A stretch of 64,000 nucleotides of DNA. It comes from Euprymna scolopes (lineage: Eukaryota). The translations under genes were made by a program, and so were the position numbers. Positions 1 through 14,170 of the stretch are shown here, in pieces. The stretch lies in NCBI GenBank assembly GCA_053919585.1, contig CM132793.1; one strand, written 5' to 3'. The notes beneath the pieces are model-generated. The model was not told the origin of the DNA, did no database searches, and worked only from the letters and a program-made list of their open reading frames with translations. Numbering within the stretch: the first letter of the stretch is position 1; the number at the start of each line of letters is the position of its first letter.

Positions 1-68
1 AATACACATACACGCGCGTGCGCGTGTGTGTGTGTGTGTGTGTGTGTGTCTGGTGTGTGTGTGTGTGT
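1..68. repeat. (GT)n microsatellite
   Basis: Run of gtgtgt with a few interruptions. Confidence 0.9.
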
Positions 69-2366
69 GAGCGTAGTTTTCACATTTGATGTCTGATATT
101 TTACCTGATTTCCGTAAATATTCTTACCGATTTCTCTTATTCAATTCTCCATCTTCCGGCAGCATCAGCTTACCATAAAACACAAAACGGGCGGATTCAA
201 TTAGCAAAAGGAAAAAAAAGGAAATATTAAATGTCGCAATAGGAGTATTAGTCATATATAACTCAGCGACTAGTGTGCGAGTCAAAATAAGATCAACTCT
301 TAAACTTAATTAGTAAAATAAACCTTGACAGTCGCACTGTTAATGCTACTGCTGTATGTACAGCATTAAAACACGTTTTAAGTGACAAATCATCCTAGAG
401 TCAGTTTGATTATTTAAATAATTCGTTTTAGTTTTATTTTAAGTTTTTTCATGCATGAGTTTCAACAAAATTTTTAATTTTACTTATTTACAACATAACT
501 TATAATCTGATATGTCGTCGTGGATACCGCCGTTCTGTCTCAAAAAGCACTTTTGCATAATAGATAGGGAGCATTCAGAAATCGTGTCTAATTTAAAGAG
601 AATTAAAAGGAGGACATAAAGACGTGTAACGCCATTACCTAAGCATTAGGAAAATGGCATACTCTTAGGAGGAGGGTTATGGTATGGACCAAATAGGCAG
701 AAAGAGATGACCGTATATTATAGTTTAACAGATCTTAAGATAACAACGCAAGTACGGAAATAAAGACGGTTAAAATTAATGAATAGGTGGTGAAGGATGA
801 GGAGATAACAAAGTATAATGCAGTGAAATAAAATAAATTGCATTAATAAGTATAATAAATAAAGACAATAAATATATGAATACGAATAAAAAAAGATGAA
901 TAAAGAAGTTAAGTTGAAGAAATACACAGAAAATATTGCATAAATGTAAGAGTAGGGGTAAAATTAAATACAGTAAAATAAAATAAAAAATCGGCTGCAG
1001 AATTTGCATAACAAGAAAGTGTGGTTGATCTAAATGATGTGAATAAAAATTGAATACTTGCTGTGATAACAAAAACTCTCCTAACTCACCTAATACTGGG
1101 TTTGGAAACTTTTGAAAATTACTTTTTCTACGCGCTGATGAAGGTCAGTTGTACATAATTTTACCTAACGCAGTCTTATGCATTGGATGCTAAGAGTGTT
1201 AGTTTAAACTATTGTACACAATATGTTACCAATAAAAAATAACAATTAATAATTAGCAAATATTTGTGTATCCATTCATTTTTACGTTGTATATGGAAGG
1301 ACAATATTTATAGCTCAAGTATTGCACTATCGAGCTATGTAAAAAAGAACGTTATGTCATTTATGATAATTGCTATTTCAAGTAGGTAAATTACATATGA
1401 ATATATAAACTACATTTATGCCATGAATAGTATATATATACATATATATATATATATATGTATATATATGTTTATTTATAATGACTAACGTTTTATTTAC
1501 ACTAACATTGTTTGATTACAAATTGTTCACATATTTTTCAGCTAAGCTAAATTAATTACACATTGTCAAATCAAAATATTTCACTAGACAGATGTTACCT
1601 CACATGTTGGTTAGAGCAACTTTTGAGTTTACGTAACTGATTACAGTTAAGTGATTGTTAAATGTGTTACAAAAATAGGAATAAACAAATTAAACTTATA
1701 GTAAAATATTGATGCTTGCACGTCTCGAATGTGTTCAATTCGAACATTTATATCTATAAACCTCTACATATAACCGCCCATTTTGGTTTTATTTCTACAT
1801 GTATCTGCTTATTTGCTTTGATAACAAAATAATAATGTGCTTGTTTAGAAGCTCGTTTTTTGTGTAACTATATGTCTTTGTCTATTTTTTTATGTATGTA
1901 TATCTCTACGTGTCTATGAGTGCATGCATGCGTGTTGGGGAATGTTTAAATTGTTTTCTCATGACGAATTAGAAATGTAGATTCTTTTGATTGTGCCGCG
2001 ACATTATTCTCCGTATTCGATACAGAAAAGCGGAATCCATTAAATTTCGGCCACCAAGGAATTTGTATATTCAGTACGCATGGATTATTTTTAATCACAC
2101 AAAAACGAATAACACACCGGAGAGAAAACGTTTTTTTCGGTCATACCATATTCACTTATTTCTATTTTCCTATCATATAATTCAAACTAGGATTCGTCAG
2201 ACATACTGGGTAAATTTATAGTCAAACTGCTAACTCTCAATCAGATTGTAATATTCAAAATTGTATCAGATATGAACTGAATATAATCAACGTTGCCTTG
2301 ATGACTTTTTACATACGTTCATAGTTCCCTGTGTGTGCCAACCGTAGTACTTGTTTTAGTACATTA

Positions 2367-3600
2367 CTAGCTTTACCCTGCCACGCGTTGCTGTGGCTCA
2401 AATTGGTGTAATGGAAAAGTCTAATAAAAAGAGAAAATTGATGTTTCCTATATTCTTAGTACAGCAATTGACCCCCTTCCCGAAAAAAAGAAATGCGGAG
2501 ATGTAAGAAGTAGTACTCTTGCAGTGCGTAATGGTTAGATATTTTAGTGTTTTTATTTAATGTAAAATGGTCGATCATCTCGAAGAGCACAGTGTTTATG
2601 TCTGTATTTGGAGAAGACAAATGGTCAAGTTTGGTTAAATAAGTTAAAAACTTTATAAAACAGTGTCAAAGATTTTAGTTTGAACTGAATTTCGCGAAGG
2701 TAACGTAACGCAATCAACGGTGTCCGCCAGCAGTTGTATGTTTGAAAGTTACAGATAAAGACTGTTTTTCGAGCCTAATAAACGGTACATAAAATAGAAA
2801 GTGTTTGACGAAAATGTTGCTGAAAACTGAGTATGTATCAAATGTGATTTTATTAATGAAGAAGCATTAATAAATGTAAATGTAAATGTAAACACGTACC
2901 GAATTGTTTAGCAAAGAAGAAGCAATCAAAATGTTCTGATCTTCATCGGACCTTTATCTGGTTCTTTAGTTTGTTCTTGTTTTTCAATGTGAATGCAAGT
3001 AATTAACGATCTAAATATGTAAATAATAAAATTAAATAGTAAATGCTCATAGTTAGAATCGTAGGTTATAGTCGTCCAAACCGGAAGTAAGAACCAAGTA
3101 GTCGCGCAGTTCATGGTATTATTTTTGTTTTTTTGATTTTCAAGTGTAATGCAAGTAATTTCATGATATGGTTGCGTTGTAATAGTAATTCGTAAAAATG
3201 AGATGTTAGTTTTAAAAAGAAAGTGTGTTGTTGAAAGCAGTAATAAATGAAGCTCATAGTTAGATTCCTCGGTTGGAGTCGTCAAAACCGGAAGTGTAAA
3301 CTTAGTAGTCTCGCAGTGTGCGTCTTACGGATAAAAGAAATGCAAAACAAAACAATCTAATCTTAATCGGACGTTTTGCGCGTTTATTTATTTTATTTTT
3401 TGGTTTTGTTTTTTAAGTAAAATGCAAGTAATATCACGGTATCGTTGGATTCGAATAATAAATGGTAACTAAGAAAATGTTTGTTTATGTAATAAGTCTT
3501 TAGTGGGAAGTACTAATAAATAAATCTCATAGTCGAATTCCGCGGTTAGGGTTGGTAAACCCGAAAGTAAAATCCGAGTAGTCACGTATTTTGCGTTGTA
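2367..3600 (-). mobile_element. Non-autonomous Helitron-like element with three diverged internal repeats (distal boundary uncertain)
   Basis: Minus strand ends GCCACAGCAACGCGTGGC (hairpin) AGGGTAAAG CTAG|T at 2397-2367. The motif ctcatagtt...aaaccggaagt...agtagtc recurs near 3045, 3252 and 3526. Confidence 0.6.
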
Positions 3601-4791
3601 CGTTAAAGGGAAAACGCAGAAAGGCAAAAAGATAATGTTAATGGAACGTAATTCTTGGTTTTATGGGAGAGAAGCGAAAAAAGTAGAAAAAAGAGGAAAA
3701 ATGGCTTTTGTAACTCTTTACGATTCCAACCCGGTGTTTATTCGTCATGTTCCTTGTGGACGCGTTCTCAGCGGTGTTAAGAGGTAACGGCAGTAGTAGG
3801 AATTTTATAGAGAGAAAAGATTTTACCATTTCCATTGATTCTTACAGGTTTTGCCAGTGAACTCTCACCGGAAAAAATATAGGAAGGTACGTAATCGAGG
3901 AAGTGTAAGGGTAATATGCCTATAGCACACCTCAGATCCTGGGATGCAGTTTGTGCACATTATATTTGCATATAATATCTTCAAAGCAAAACAACCTAAA
4001 TTATATGCGTTAAATTTAAATGCAATGTAAATTCTAAAGTTATTACTTCATATCACCATAATGGTTTGCGTAAATATTTTATATAGGTGTAAAATATTAA
4101 CATTTCAAGTTTTCTTCAATGTACCCACATTTCTCTTTCAGCATGTATTTTAATATATCGTATGTGCTTTTTGTAGTAAACCGAATGTTTAATGATCTGC
4201 ATATTATTGCTTCAACTACCTTTAACTTTATTTTTTGATGGACGAAATAAATCTTTTGAAAAGAAGCCTTTTCAGCAGACAAAAACTAACTTTTTTTGTT
4301 TATTAAATTCTGAAACGATAATGCCGAATGTAATCAAATTTTTTTGTTAATTTAATATTCCGCCAAAATATAAAACATGGCGATTTACAAGAAAAGTATT
4401 CGTTTATTCTGAGAATTGATTCCGTATGTACTCTTGTTTGCTTGCTTGTTAATTAAGTATAACACAACACTATGCGACATAACAGCCTCAACTGTTTTTT
4501 TTTATAAAACTCTTTTAAGGCGCTTATTCTGTAAGCGGGATATTTACTACTAATGTTTGGTGTACTATAACTTGCAAGTTTTGTCTTTCTGGTCATATTA
4601 ACATTATTGCGGAATATTACGAAGATATTTTGATCAGAGGCTTACATCATATTCCACCGAGCAATAGTTAGGATAGCAAGTGTCATTCATATATATTTTT
4701 ATACTAAAATGAAGTTAGATCTACAAAGTAAAAATTCATGAAATATCATACATGTATTATGCATACATATATTATTATGAGTAATTGTATG

Positions 4792-4970
4792 TACAGTGTA
4801 ACCCGGATATAAGATACTTCCTATCCTGTCCTTAAAACTCTATTTTATGTGGGTTAAACCAATATCATGATTACCCTGTATATTGACAAGGCTCTAATTT
4901 GGGACCAGAGTAAATATCTCTTATATATGTTTTTCTTATATACGGGACTCTTATATCTGGTTTACCTCTA
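4792..4970. mobile_element. Tc1/mariner (pogo/Tigger-like) MITE
   Basis: Left end TACAGTGTAACCCGGATATAAGA; reverse complement of right end TAGAGGTAAACCAGATATAAGA; TA at both termini. Confidence 0.55.
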
Positions 4971-5238
4971 TTTAATAGATTATCGACATTTAAAACAGGT
5001 ATGAAATATAGCATAACAATTACGACTATAGTACGAATAATAATCATATGCCCGATAAAAGTATTTCTACTAATAATTATGAGTTAATAAAACGCCATTG
5101 AGTTCGTCAATCGTATACAAACGCATGCCATTTTGGGAGAATTATTACCGTGACAAATAGAAAAAGTATATATATTTGAACTCTTCCAAAGTGTTAGCTA
5201 TTTCATTTGAAGTCTTTAATTTGTTTATGGTTTTACAG

Positions 5239-5310
5239 AACGTCTTTTATCTCCTCTCAAATCTTAGAATGAGAATTCAAATAGCAATGAACAAAAACAG
5301 GCACATTTTG
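5239..5310 (+). CDS. Candidate spliced host exon (72 nt; NVFYLLSNLRMRIQIAMNKNRHIL), product unknown; could be UTR or lncRNA
   Basis: Acceptor ttttacag and strong donor G|GTAAGT; only one frame is open; no recognisable homology. Confidence 0.25.
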
Positions 5311-7088
5311 GTAAGTATATTTTTTTAAAATGATTTTTAAGTACATTTAATTTTTCGCAATTGTAGATGAACATTATTATTATTTTAATTTTTTTTGAGT
5401 GAATATTGGGGGTTATTAGCGAATCTTTCTAAGGCTGAACGGAAAACTCGATGAACATAGAGAAAACATTTTTTTTTTTTTTGTAAATAACTTTTAAAGA
5501 ACAGAACTATATTCAATTGGCCAGTGGAAGGTAAAAGTAAAAATGTTAAACTATAGTTACTGTAGATCAGCAATCCCACCATTTAAACAATGTGTTTAAT
5601 TATTATTTTAAAATGAGTAAATTAATTACCATTTTTTTTTTGTTTTCATCATCAATAGTTTTATGCGGTACGTAACCGGTTTTTTTTAACCATGCTTTTC
5701 CTGGTTTTTATATTCCAATTTTTTAATGTCATCAACTTATATGATCTTTGGAATTTATGAAACCAGACGCTTTATGCTCAGACCCTGAATAACAAAGTGC
5801 ACAAAACTGATTCTGAAATATTCATTAAAAATTCAGGACAGACTACGTAAGTACCGAATTCAATAGAATGTCTACCAATTACAGTGCGTGTTTTGTCTCC
5901 GAAAAAATTTTAACAGATTATTTAAATAATTTTTGAAATAGCTCCAATGCTTAAGCACGCCATTTTTGTTAATTGTAAATAGGCACCGCCAAAAATGGCC
6001 GACAAATTAAGTTGTTGTTTTTTAAACGAAATTACATTCATTAAAATCCATTATTTCTGAGTAAATTTTTCTTCCAGAAAGATGAAATCCTGAATTTTAT
6101 CATATAGAAAACACAATGATGTAAAACTTTTTCTACTATTTTTAATTAAATTTTAAAAGTTAAATTTTCCCAAAAAGTTTACAATTGACATTTTTTGTCT
6201 AGCAAAAACAACGTACATAAATATTTAAAAAGAAGATTTTATTTATTTGTCATCTTATTAAGATTTCGGATGATTTTCTATGAGAATATGCAAAAATATT
6301 ATAATATATGTACCTGGATTTCAAATAATTCCACTTATTCATATAGGCAACTAGTTACTTCGCGTCGGTTCTAGAGAATGTTTACGTTTGTATTTGATAA
6401 AAAGCAAACTACGGAAGACCAAACAGGCCCCAAAAACTTATTTTTCAGTGACGAAAATTTCAATGTATTTTTAACGCTGAGGCTGGCCAGTACAAGATGG
6501 GTAACCATTTGTATGAGTTTGGTTTTTAGTATGAGTGTGGGGACCAGGCTCCCCAAAATTGGGGGGGGGCAATTAAAAGCAGAATAAAAGAAAATATTTC
6601 AGCGCGTTCGGTCCACCGTAGTCGAAAGGCGGCAAACTTTTCCAACCGGGATCGAAAAAGTGATGCTATTTTTAACACAAAGTGCACAATATTTATCGAA
6701 GTTTTTTTTTATTGTATCGATTCTTCCAAGCATGCACTGTTTAATAATGGTCATGCATTAATCGGCTCGCTAAAATAAAATTGTTAATTTATTCATCAAA
6801 GATTTTAAAATGGCTTTTTTCGTATAAATATTTTTTTTTGTTTTGCTTAACTAAAATTAATTATTTTACTTAAAGTATTCACCGAATTTCACACTTCACA
6901 ACTCAAAAGCGGGATAATTAAACACAATCGAAGTTCTGATATTCAGACGTCTAAATAAGGTATGCAAACAATGTTTTTAATCTATAATCCTGTCCCTTAC
7001 AACAACACAATATGTTGTGTTCAGTTTCAGATGATTATTTAAAGCATATTTGGAACCCCATCAAAAGAAGGGGGTTGTAAGCAAAAAA

Positions 7089-7119
<31 letters not shown>

Positions 7120-10100
7120 CATAAATTTCGTATTGATCGGATAATTACCTGATTTTTGGTAGATCTTTAAAAAGACGGTCCGTCAAAAAGTACTTACATG
7201 CCCCCCCCCAGTTCTGGCGGAGCCTAGTTTTAAAAATGAAAAAGAAGTGTTGCTGTCATTTTAATCTAGTAAAAATAATTTACTGAGAAGGAGAACGATA
7301 ACGGGGTATGCATATTTTTGGAAGTTTTATGTTGACCGGATAAAATACTTTGTTCATTTTTCCAGCCAACAAAAAATAGTTTAAAACAATAGTGTGCTTT
7401 TCTCCGCTGTCTCGCTCAATTTAATACAAATTATGTAATTAATCGTGTCGATCTCATATTGTGAATACAACTTGAAATAGCAAAAAACGTGGATACTTTT
7501 CACATATAAATATCATTACAAGCATTAGCAACTGGCGAGTCATTACTTGACTAACCATTAAAAAGTATTCAAAAATATAATGCGCTTTATTATTTTTTAG
7601 TTTACATAATGAATATTCATAAATTATGTATATGCTTATTGTGCAGAATCTGACTCAGTTGAGCTAAATCCTTTTCTAAAAGAATTGCTTGTTAATATTA
7701 TTTCACTAGAACTGGTTTGTATATAGATATTGACTGTTAAATAACATTGTAATAGTATGTTAAGATTTTTTTTTTAACTGGGCATAATTTGATTAGTTAA
7801 AAAGCTGAATTAACAATAATTTGATTGAATTGGACTTGAAAATTACAATGCTGCAGCCAGCTTGACAGAATCCATACGGCATTGTTTCAAACACGGATAG
7901 TTCTATGCATAAAACTCTGTCAGAAAAGTTTCGCTTGGTTTTAAGTAAAAAAAAAAAAAATTGAAAAGAAAATTGATAATGATCGTAGGTATAAAGCTTT
8001 TGTAGTTAGTGGTTAATATGAGGCAGAGATTGAACATAAACTGAACACCTAAAAAATGATGATATAGCATAAAAACTAGCAACATGTCTCTTGTGAAAAC
8101 TGAGTGTACACAATAGAAAGTTATATTTTTCATTAGATTTCGAAGTCGATTAATATTAGGTATTTCTATTAGTTGGGTCATCTCTATATACATTATATGT
8201 TAATATCTTTCATCTAAGCAGGCCGACATATTTGATCTTTTCACTTGTTTAAATATACACAAAACATAATACAATATAGACTATAGTGTATTTCATGTAA
8301 TGTATTCACCTTATTAAATACGTATTACCGTGTACTATTGTACAATCGGAAAGTCGAACACCTTTATGTAAAAATTATTACTGGGCAATCAATTACAAAA
8401 AGGAGATGCTGCTTACAAAAGCTGATAGACAATATGTCGCCAGATTACCATTCGGCACGAACATATTCTGTTTAAATCAGTTCACACAAAAGGTATGTTT
8501 TTTGACGAGTAAGCACAAACCGGCTTTTGACAACATTTAAGGGACATTATAGTGTTTCACACAAATCAAACAAATTACGGCATAATTACGGAGACACATT
8601 GCTTCCTTTTTACTAACAAACATTAAGAGACTCTAACCTTTGTTTTTACTAAAATAACTAACCCTTTGCCAATATTGGATGGTGCATGTGCTCTGAAGCT
8701 TGGGCTAGGGTATAAGTCCGCCAGGTTAATTTTCCCCAGAACACCAGACCTGAAATAATACAGTTCATTCACTATACAGGTAGGTTTATAAAAACTTTCG
8801 GATATCGGATCGTAAACAAAATAATGAAGTCCCTTCTATAGTTTATTGTGATTCTTATTAGCTATAAACTATCGAATCTTAATATTTTGATTTTAGCCGA
8901 AGTTAATCGGTAAAAAAAAAAACTTTGAAAATAAAAGAAATGCAGTTTGCTATGTGAAGGTCGAAGGTCTACAATTATTACTCCTTTCTTAATCAAACAT
9001 GATACATGTCTAGGTTTTTTAGAAAATATCTAAGCTTTAATACGAAATTGAAATTGAAAAGATATGGCTTACGCCAAGCAGCTTTGTTCCAAAATTCGAA
9101 ATGTGCGTTTCAGTATTGTTTTCAGATATTTTCTAAACAGTAGAATACTTTTCTAAACATACATTCAGTATTGTTCTCAGATACTTTTCTAAACATTTTA
9201 GTGAAGGTTTATATGGAGTATATTAAACGTAAACACGTATTTTTCACAAAAAGATAACAAGAGAGACATTATACAAGCGTTATACGTTATAAACTGGAGA
9301 ATATGGCAGATCATCCGAACTATATGTAAATATTTTCATAGTACGTTTCATTGACTTTAATATTAATTCTATTTTTTTATTCAATTTAAAATTTACATTC
9401 AATAATTATTTAGTGCAAATAAGTGCATAGACAACAATGCTCTGTAGCGGGTACATATTTGAATGTGTATATATTTGAGACTTAGAACAAAGGATGATAA
9501 TGTAATTTATATTCTGAGAGAGACATTTATAACAGACCTGATAGAAATGATAATTCATTATTGAAGGAATGTGTAATACAGTTCTTTTACATCAAAGAGG
9601 AGATATTTCACTTGTGATGAAGGAGGCACGATACTTGGAAGGGGGTTATACAAAGTCCGTTTACAAGATGATAACAGATAAAGCCCATTTTCTTTTCAGT
9701 TGTAATGACGGCACGAAGACAAAGGGGTACAAAATATTGATAGTGCTACTTTATTAATCAGCCGGATAATTGATGACTCGGAATTTCAAGCTTGTATGGA
9801 TAAATAGTTTTCTCTTAACCTCCTCGCATCAGCTTCAATCTCGTCTCTCAGTGGTTCTATCACTGTGACTATCATTCTTTATCTTCGAACCCTGTCTCAA
9901 TATATTGAGAATCTCCTTCCTTTATGACATCAGAGGTGTGATCAACTAACGTGATTTATCACATTTCAAGTTACCCGTGCTCTTTGTATATGTATCTAAC
10001 ACCTCTCGTAAACAAAATAGATCCGTAAATTAAATTGTACCATTTAAGCTATTTGTTACATAACATGTTTACTTTGTTATTGTTCATTCGTTTAACTGAT

Positions 10101-10686
10101 ATTTTTAATATTCAGTTATTTCTAAAAGAATGGGCAATCGTTCTTTCTCTAAGATAAATAATATTTAGTTATTTGCGAGAATACCGCTAATCGTTCTGCA
10201 TTCCCAGGATTTCAATATCTATTATCTTTTACCACTTGTCACTGGGTTCGATTCTAGCCTTTTCCCAATGCAATTTCCAAACTTATCTAGTTTTGCTTTC
10301 TTACTTACTACAGTATGCTTAGACATCAAAACCACAAAAAAGTAACTATAAAAGAAGTCACGTAGGTACACTAACAATGGAAGTATATAATTAATTATTT
10401 CAATGTAAATAAAAGTATACGTAACTATTGCATTAATTTAAAATACAAAATAGAGGAAATACGAAACGGGATCACACTGGACGCGCGGGGTTGTGTTTAT
10501 GTGAAACCTATGGTTCAACCAAGGATCTGTAGACAGACAGCAACGTTATCATTATATTTTTATATTTTGGGAATTAGTCCTATGTGCAAATTATTCTTCG
10601 TACTATATAATATTCAATACTGGATTGATTCTAATAATACATACGATATCGGTAAGATCTGAAGATCATGTTTAAGCATATGCTAT

Positions 10687-10714
10687 GACCGGGCAATGCT
10701 AGGCGTCCAGCTAG
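10687..10714 (+). mobile_element. Helitron 3' terminus
   Basis: GACCGGGCAATGCTAGGCGTCCAGCTAG|T: degenerate hairpin plus CTAG; a related end lies at 21750-21777 on the minus strand. Confidence 0.5.
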
Positions 10715-13129
10715 TGACTCTATAAATATGGATAAGCAAATATATTAAATTATCAAACTAACAGAGATAAATATTAGGCATTATTTCGTGTTTTTTTTTA
10801 ATATAATTTCTTCCATGAAATCAGAAATATTCATTGCGATTAAGCCATTTATGTCCTTTTAAAATTTTATGCAATTCACTAAGATGTTCATTAATATATT
10901 TTAATTATAAATTTTATGGAGGAGAATATTTGTGCGTTCCAAAATACGCGTTGGACAACCCGTATTGGGAGCACATCAGGCATAAGCCTAAGAGTAATCT
11001 TTCCTCTAATTTCCGAAGATTATATATGCGAGGAGCACCTTTCGTTACGTTAGAATGTTAAGTACTAAAAAAGTGATTAACAAAAATGTTAAATGTCATT
11101 CACGCTCATAAAAAAGAACACGTCAATGGATACATAAAAATAAAGGAAAAAACATGCTTAAAAATACACGTTAGGAAAAAGGGAAGTTTCAGAGAATGAC
11201 AGAAAAAGTTTTAATCGGCGAATTTGAATAAAATGGAAATAAGAGTAAAATATCTACCAGTAAATTAAAAACAACTTAAAGGAGAGAGAATGTTGTAATC
11301 GCTATAGCTAAAAAATAAAAGAATGTATACGTATCAAACTGTTTCGTATAAGAAAATAGATAAAGCAAGAATGTATACAACATTTTATGCCGGATTAAAT
11401 AAAGACCACATCGTATAAGTAAAGATCCGCGATTGAAAGGAAAAAATATCCAACTTAATCATAAAAACATGACCACCTAAATACAGATTGTGCAAAACAA
11501 TTAAATCATTAAAATAAATGAGTAGGATTTAAACCGACAATAAACAAAACTAGTTGCTCAGTTACATGGAACACTAAAACAGGATATCCATTAAAAGATA
11601 ATGAGTTTATATTCTTAATCTCCAACAAAGAAAAATTGTTAGAAAAATGAATGCAAGTATCTAATAAGTAATTTGTAAAACCTAGTATGTCTAAAAGTGT
11701 GAGCTCGGTGATATAAAGAGATAGAAATGAAGAAACAATTAAACATCTGACATAGGAACAAAGTGCTACATAACCTATATTCTTCAATAAAGGCACAATT
11801 TTAATAAATCAAACGGAATCACTATAAGTGTAAAATATTGGCAGTACCTAACCTTACCTGGTCCAGGTATACAAAAAGAGTAAAAAAGAATAATAGATTA
11901 TTCATTAGGAAAAAAAACCTGAATAAAAAAATATATTATGATTATTTGAATGTGTGGTATACATATAGTGAAATCGATTTATTCATTTTTGATTAAAGAA
12001 AACAACCACAATGCACTATGTACGTACATCAGTGTTATATACTAATGAATGTTGATGAATGATTTCATACAAAGGTATTGTATAGATAAAGACGCAATTT
12101 AGTGACGAAATGTGCGGGAAAAATATAACGGTAAAATAATGATGTTAAGAGCATGTTTCAGTTATATATCATCACAACTGTTGAATGAAAAGCATGACCG
12201 AATTCTATTTTAGTGATAAATACAACAAAAACAAGTGAAGAGTGTACAATGAACGAGGCATAAAACAAGAATAAATTCGGCATTGTTCCTCTCATTTAGC
12301 CCCCAAAGTCCCCAAAAGACGTAAAATCCTTGTGAAAATAAAAAACGGTGCAATTTTAGGCCTTAACATATGTAAATTTAACTCCTACACTATGCTAAAA
12401 GTAAATGGCTAAGTCCATCAGTTGCCTCCCAAGTTAGCCCCAAAAGGCTTCAATGCCTTCTCTTTTTTTATTTGAGTTCAGCATCCTGCAACATACTGAA
12501 TAGACGTACACAGAACATTTAGGACAAATATGATAAAATGGTCCCCAAAATAGAGTGTTTTCATTAGCCCATAAAGAGCCCCTAGGGCACACCCAAGAGT
12601 TATCACGAAGTATAGACAAACAAACTTATAAAGAAATCACTTAGTTACAACTTTTCAGGAAGTTTTATAAAACTCCAAGGTGCCACTTTTTTAATAAGCA
12701 CAAAAGTAAAATATGGTCGAGGTGTTACATGAAAATTGGGGGAGACCACAGTAAGTAAAAGAGCATACTATGTAAGTCTGAAAAATATATTTTGAAAATG
12801 ATAGAAACCAACCCAGTAAGGAATGTTAAAAAAGAATGCATATTGGAATCATAGGAATGCAGCACCATTATGATTGGTCTTGGAATTAACTAAATATTAT
12901 TTATGTCAGATTTATATATGAACAATGCAGTTTTGAAATAATGCTGAAATAAATAAGTTATAAATGAAACAATTCATTTAGGCATTTTTTTGTTTACCCA
13001 AAGCCTGTTTGTGACGTACATAGATCCACATGAATGAATAACATTGTTTGACACGTATCTGCAGGTAGGCTCTCTTCAAATCCAGCGGTGCTACATTACT
13101 CATTTTCTAACGCCACCTCCTTAGTTTAA

Positions 13130-14170
13130 CAGCGCACACATCTACGTTTCCAGAGAAAGCATCAACATGTTGATTCAATTCTCAGCAATCCATTATGGGT
13201 CGAATTTTGTTCAACAACCATGAGCGGAATTTATCCTTTGGATGGTCCCAGACGTTCCTGTGGGTATGGTATTAACCAACCGTTATCAATCCACGTGAGA
13301 AGTCCTTCTTCATATGCGATCCAATTTTTAGTAGAAACTGTATGCTCTGGAATTGTGTTGCACAGCCGATCTCATGCCTAGCGCATGGTCCACTTCCACT
13401 TCGTAGTACACACCCTCTCGTTGTAATCTAACGTAGCATAGAAGTCCTTTTCATCAATAGACATAGCTGCACAGACATATTTTCCTCCACCATGCGTTAC
13501 ACCTTCAGCCGATGTGATCATGACGCCTTACATTCCTTTTTATTGCATCAATTCTGATCAACATGTCGTAGATAAGGGCGTTTTCTTGCATCACAAGAAC
13601 GTCAACTTCGGTTGTGTCACCCTTCTCAGTACATATGGTGACAGTCCCTACACCACAACATGCTCGGCATAAACTATTGATGATCATAACACCGACTGGT
13701 TGCTTTCGCCACATCTGCGTTGTGCACTGACTAAAGATCGGAAACACCTCGTGTCTACGAGTGCCTAACACTGCACATTGTCAATTTTAACGCCAATGGC
13801 AGGTAATCCTTGTTTATTGGTTGGTAAAGGACAGGGGTGGCGATAGTACCTTGCTCCCCAACTAAATTTCTCGAACAGTTTCGAGATATGTACCCAAACC
13901 CATTGCAGCAATAGCACTGTACTGTTCTCTACGGTTTTGGATCATATCACTTCGACTCGGCCACTTCTTAACAAAATGGTTGGCCTTGTTGTCTACCTGA
14001 GAGAGAATCTGCATGGACTCTATCCAATTCAAAGGCTGCATGTCGAATACTAAATGCTGCTGCAGTTGGTTACTGTTCCTTACAGATGTTTCGAGCTCAG
14101 GCCAATAACTCGTCTGTTTTCAATTCATCAATTCGGGTATCAAACGAAAGGCGAATTTGTCGATATTTTT
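13130..14170 (-). mobile_element. Degenerate Ty3/Gypsy gag-pol remnant (zinc knuckle, protease, start of RT)
   Basis: Minus strand reads CYCCNGFGYISRNC (CCHC-like, ~13875-13918), a protease-like ORF at 13505-13771 ending DMLIRIDAI, then PLMVVEQ..IRPIMD..ELNQHVDA. Confidence 0.65.

Noticed and set aside
1132-1150. CTGATGA hammerhead core (also at 30475)
   Set aside because: No pairing stem II and no properly placed GAAA/stem III
11050-11900. Very old Penelope RT remnant (also 9430-9960)
   Set aside because: A-rich strand bias and faint motif resemblance only; not enough to call
718-12619. Short ORFs in the track as protein genes
   Set aside because: Low-complexity F/I/L/Y/K-rich translations expected by chance in AT-rich DNA; no motifs
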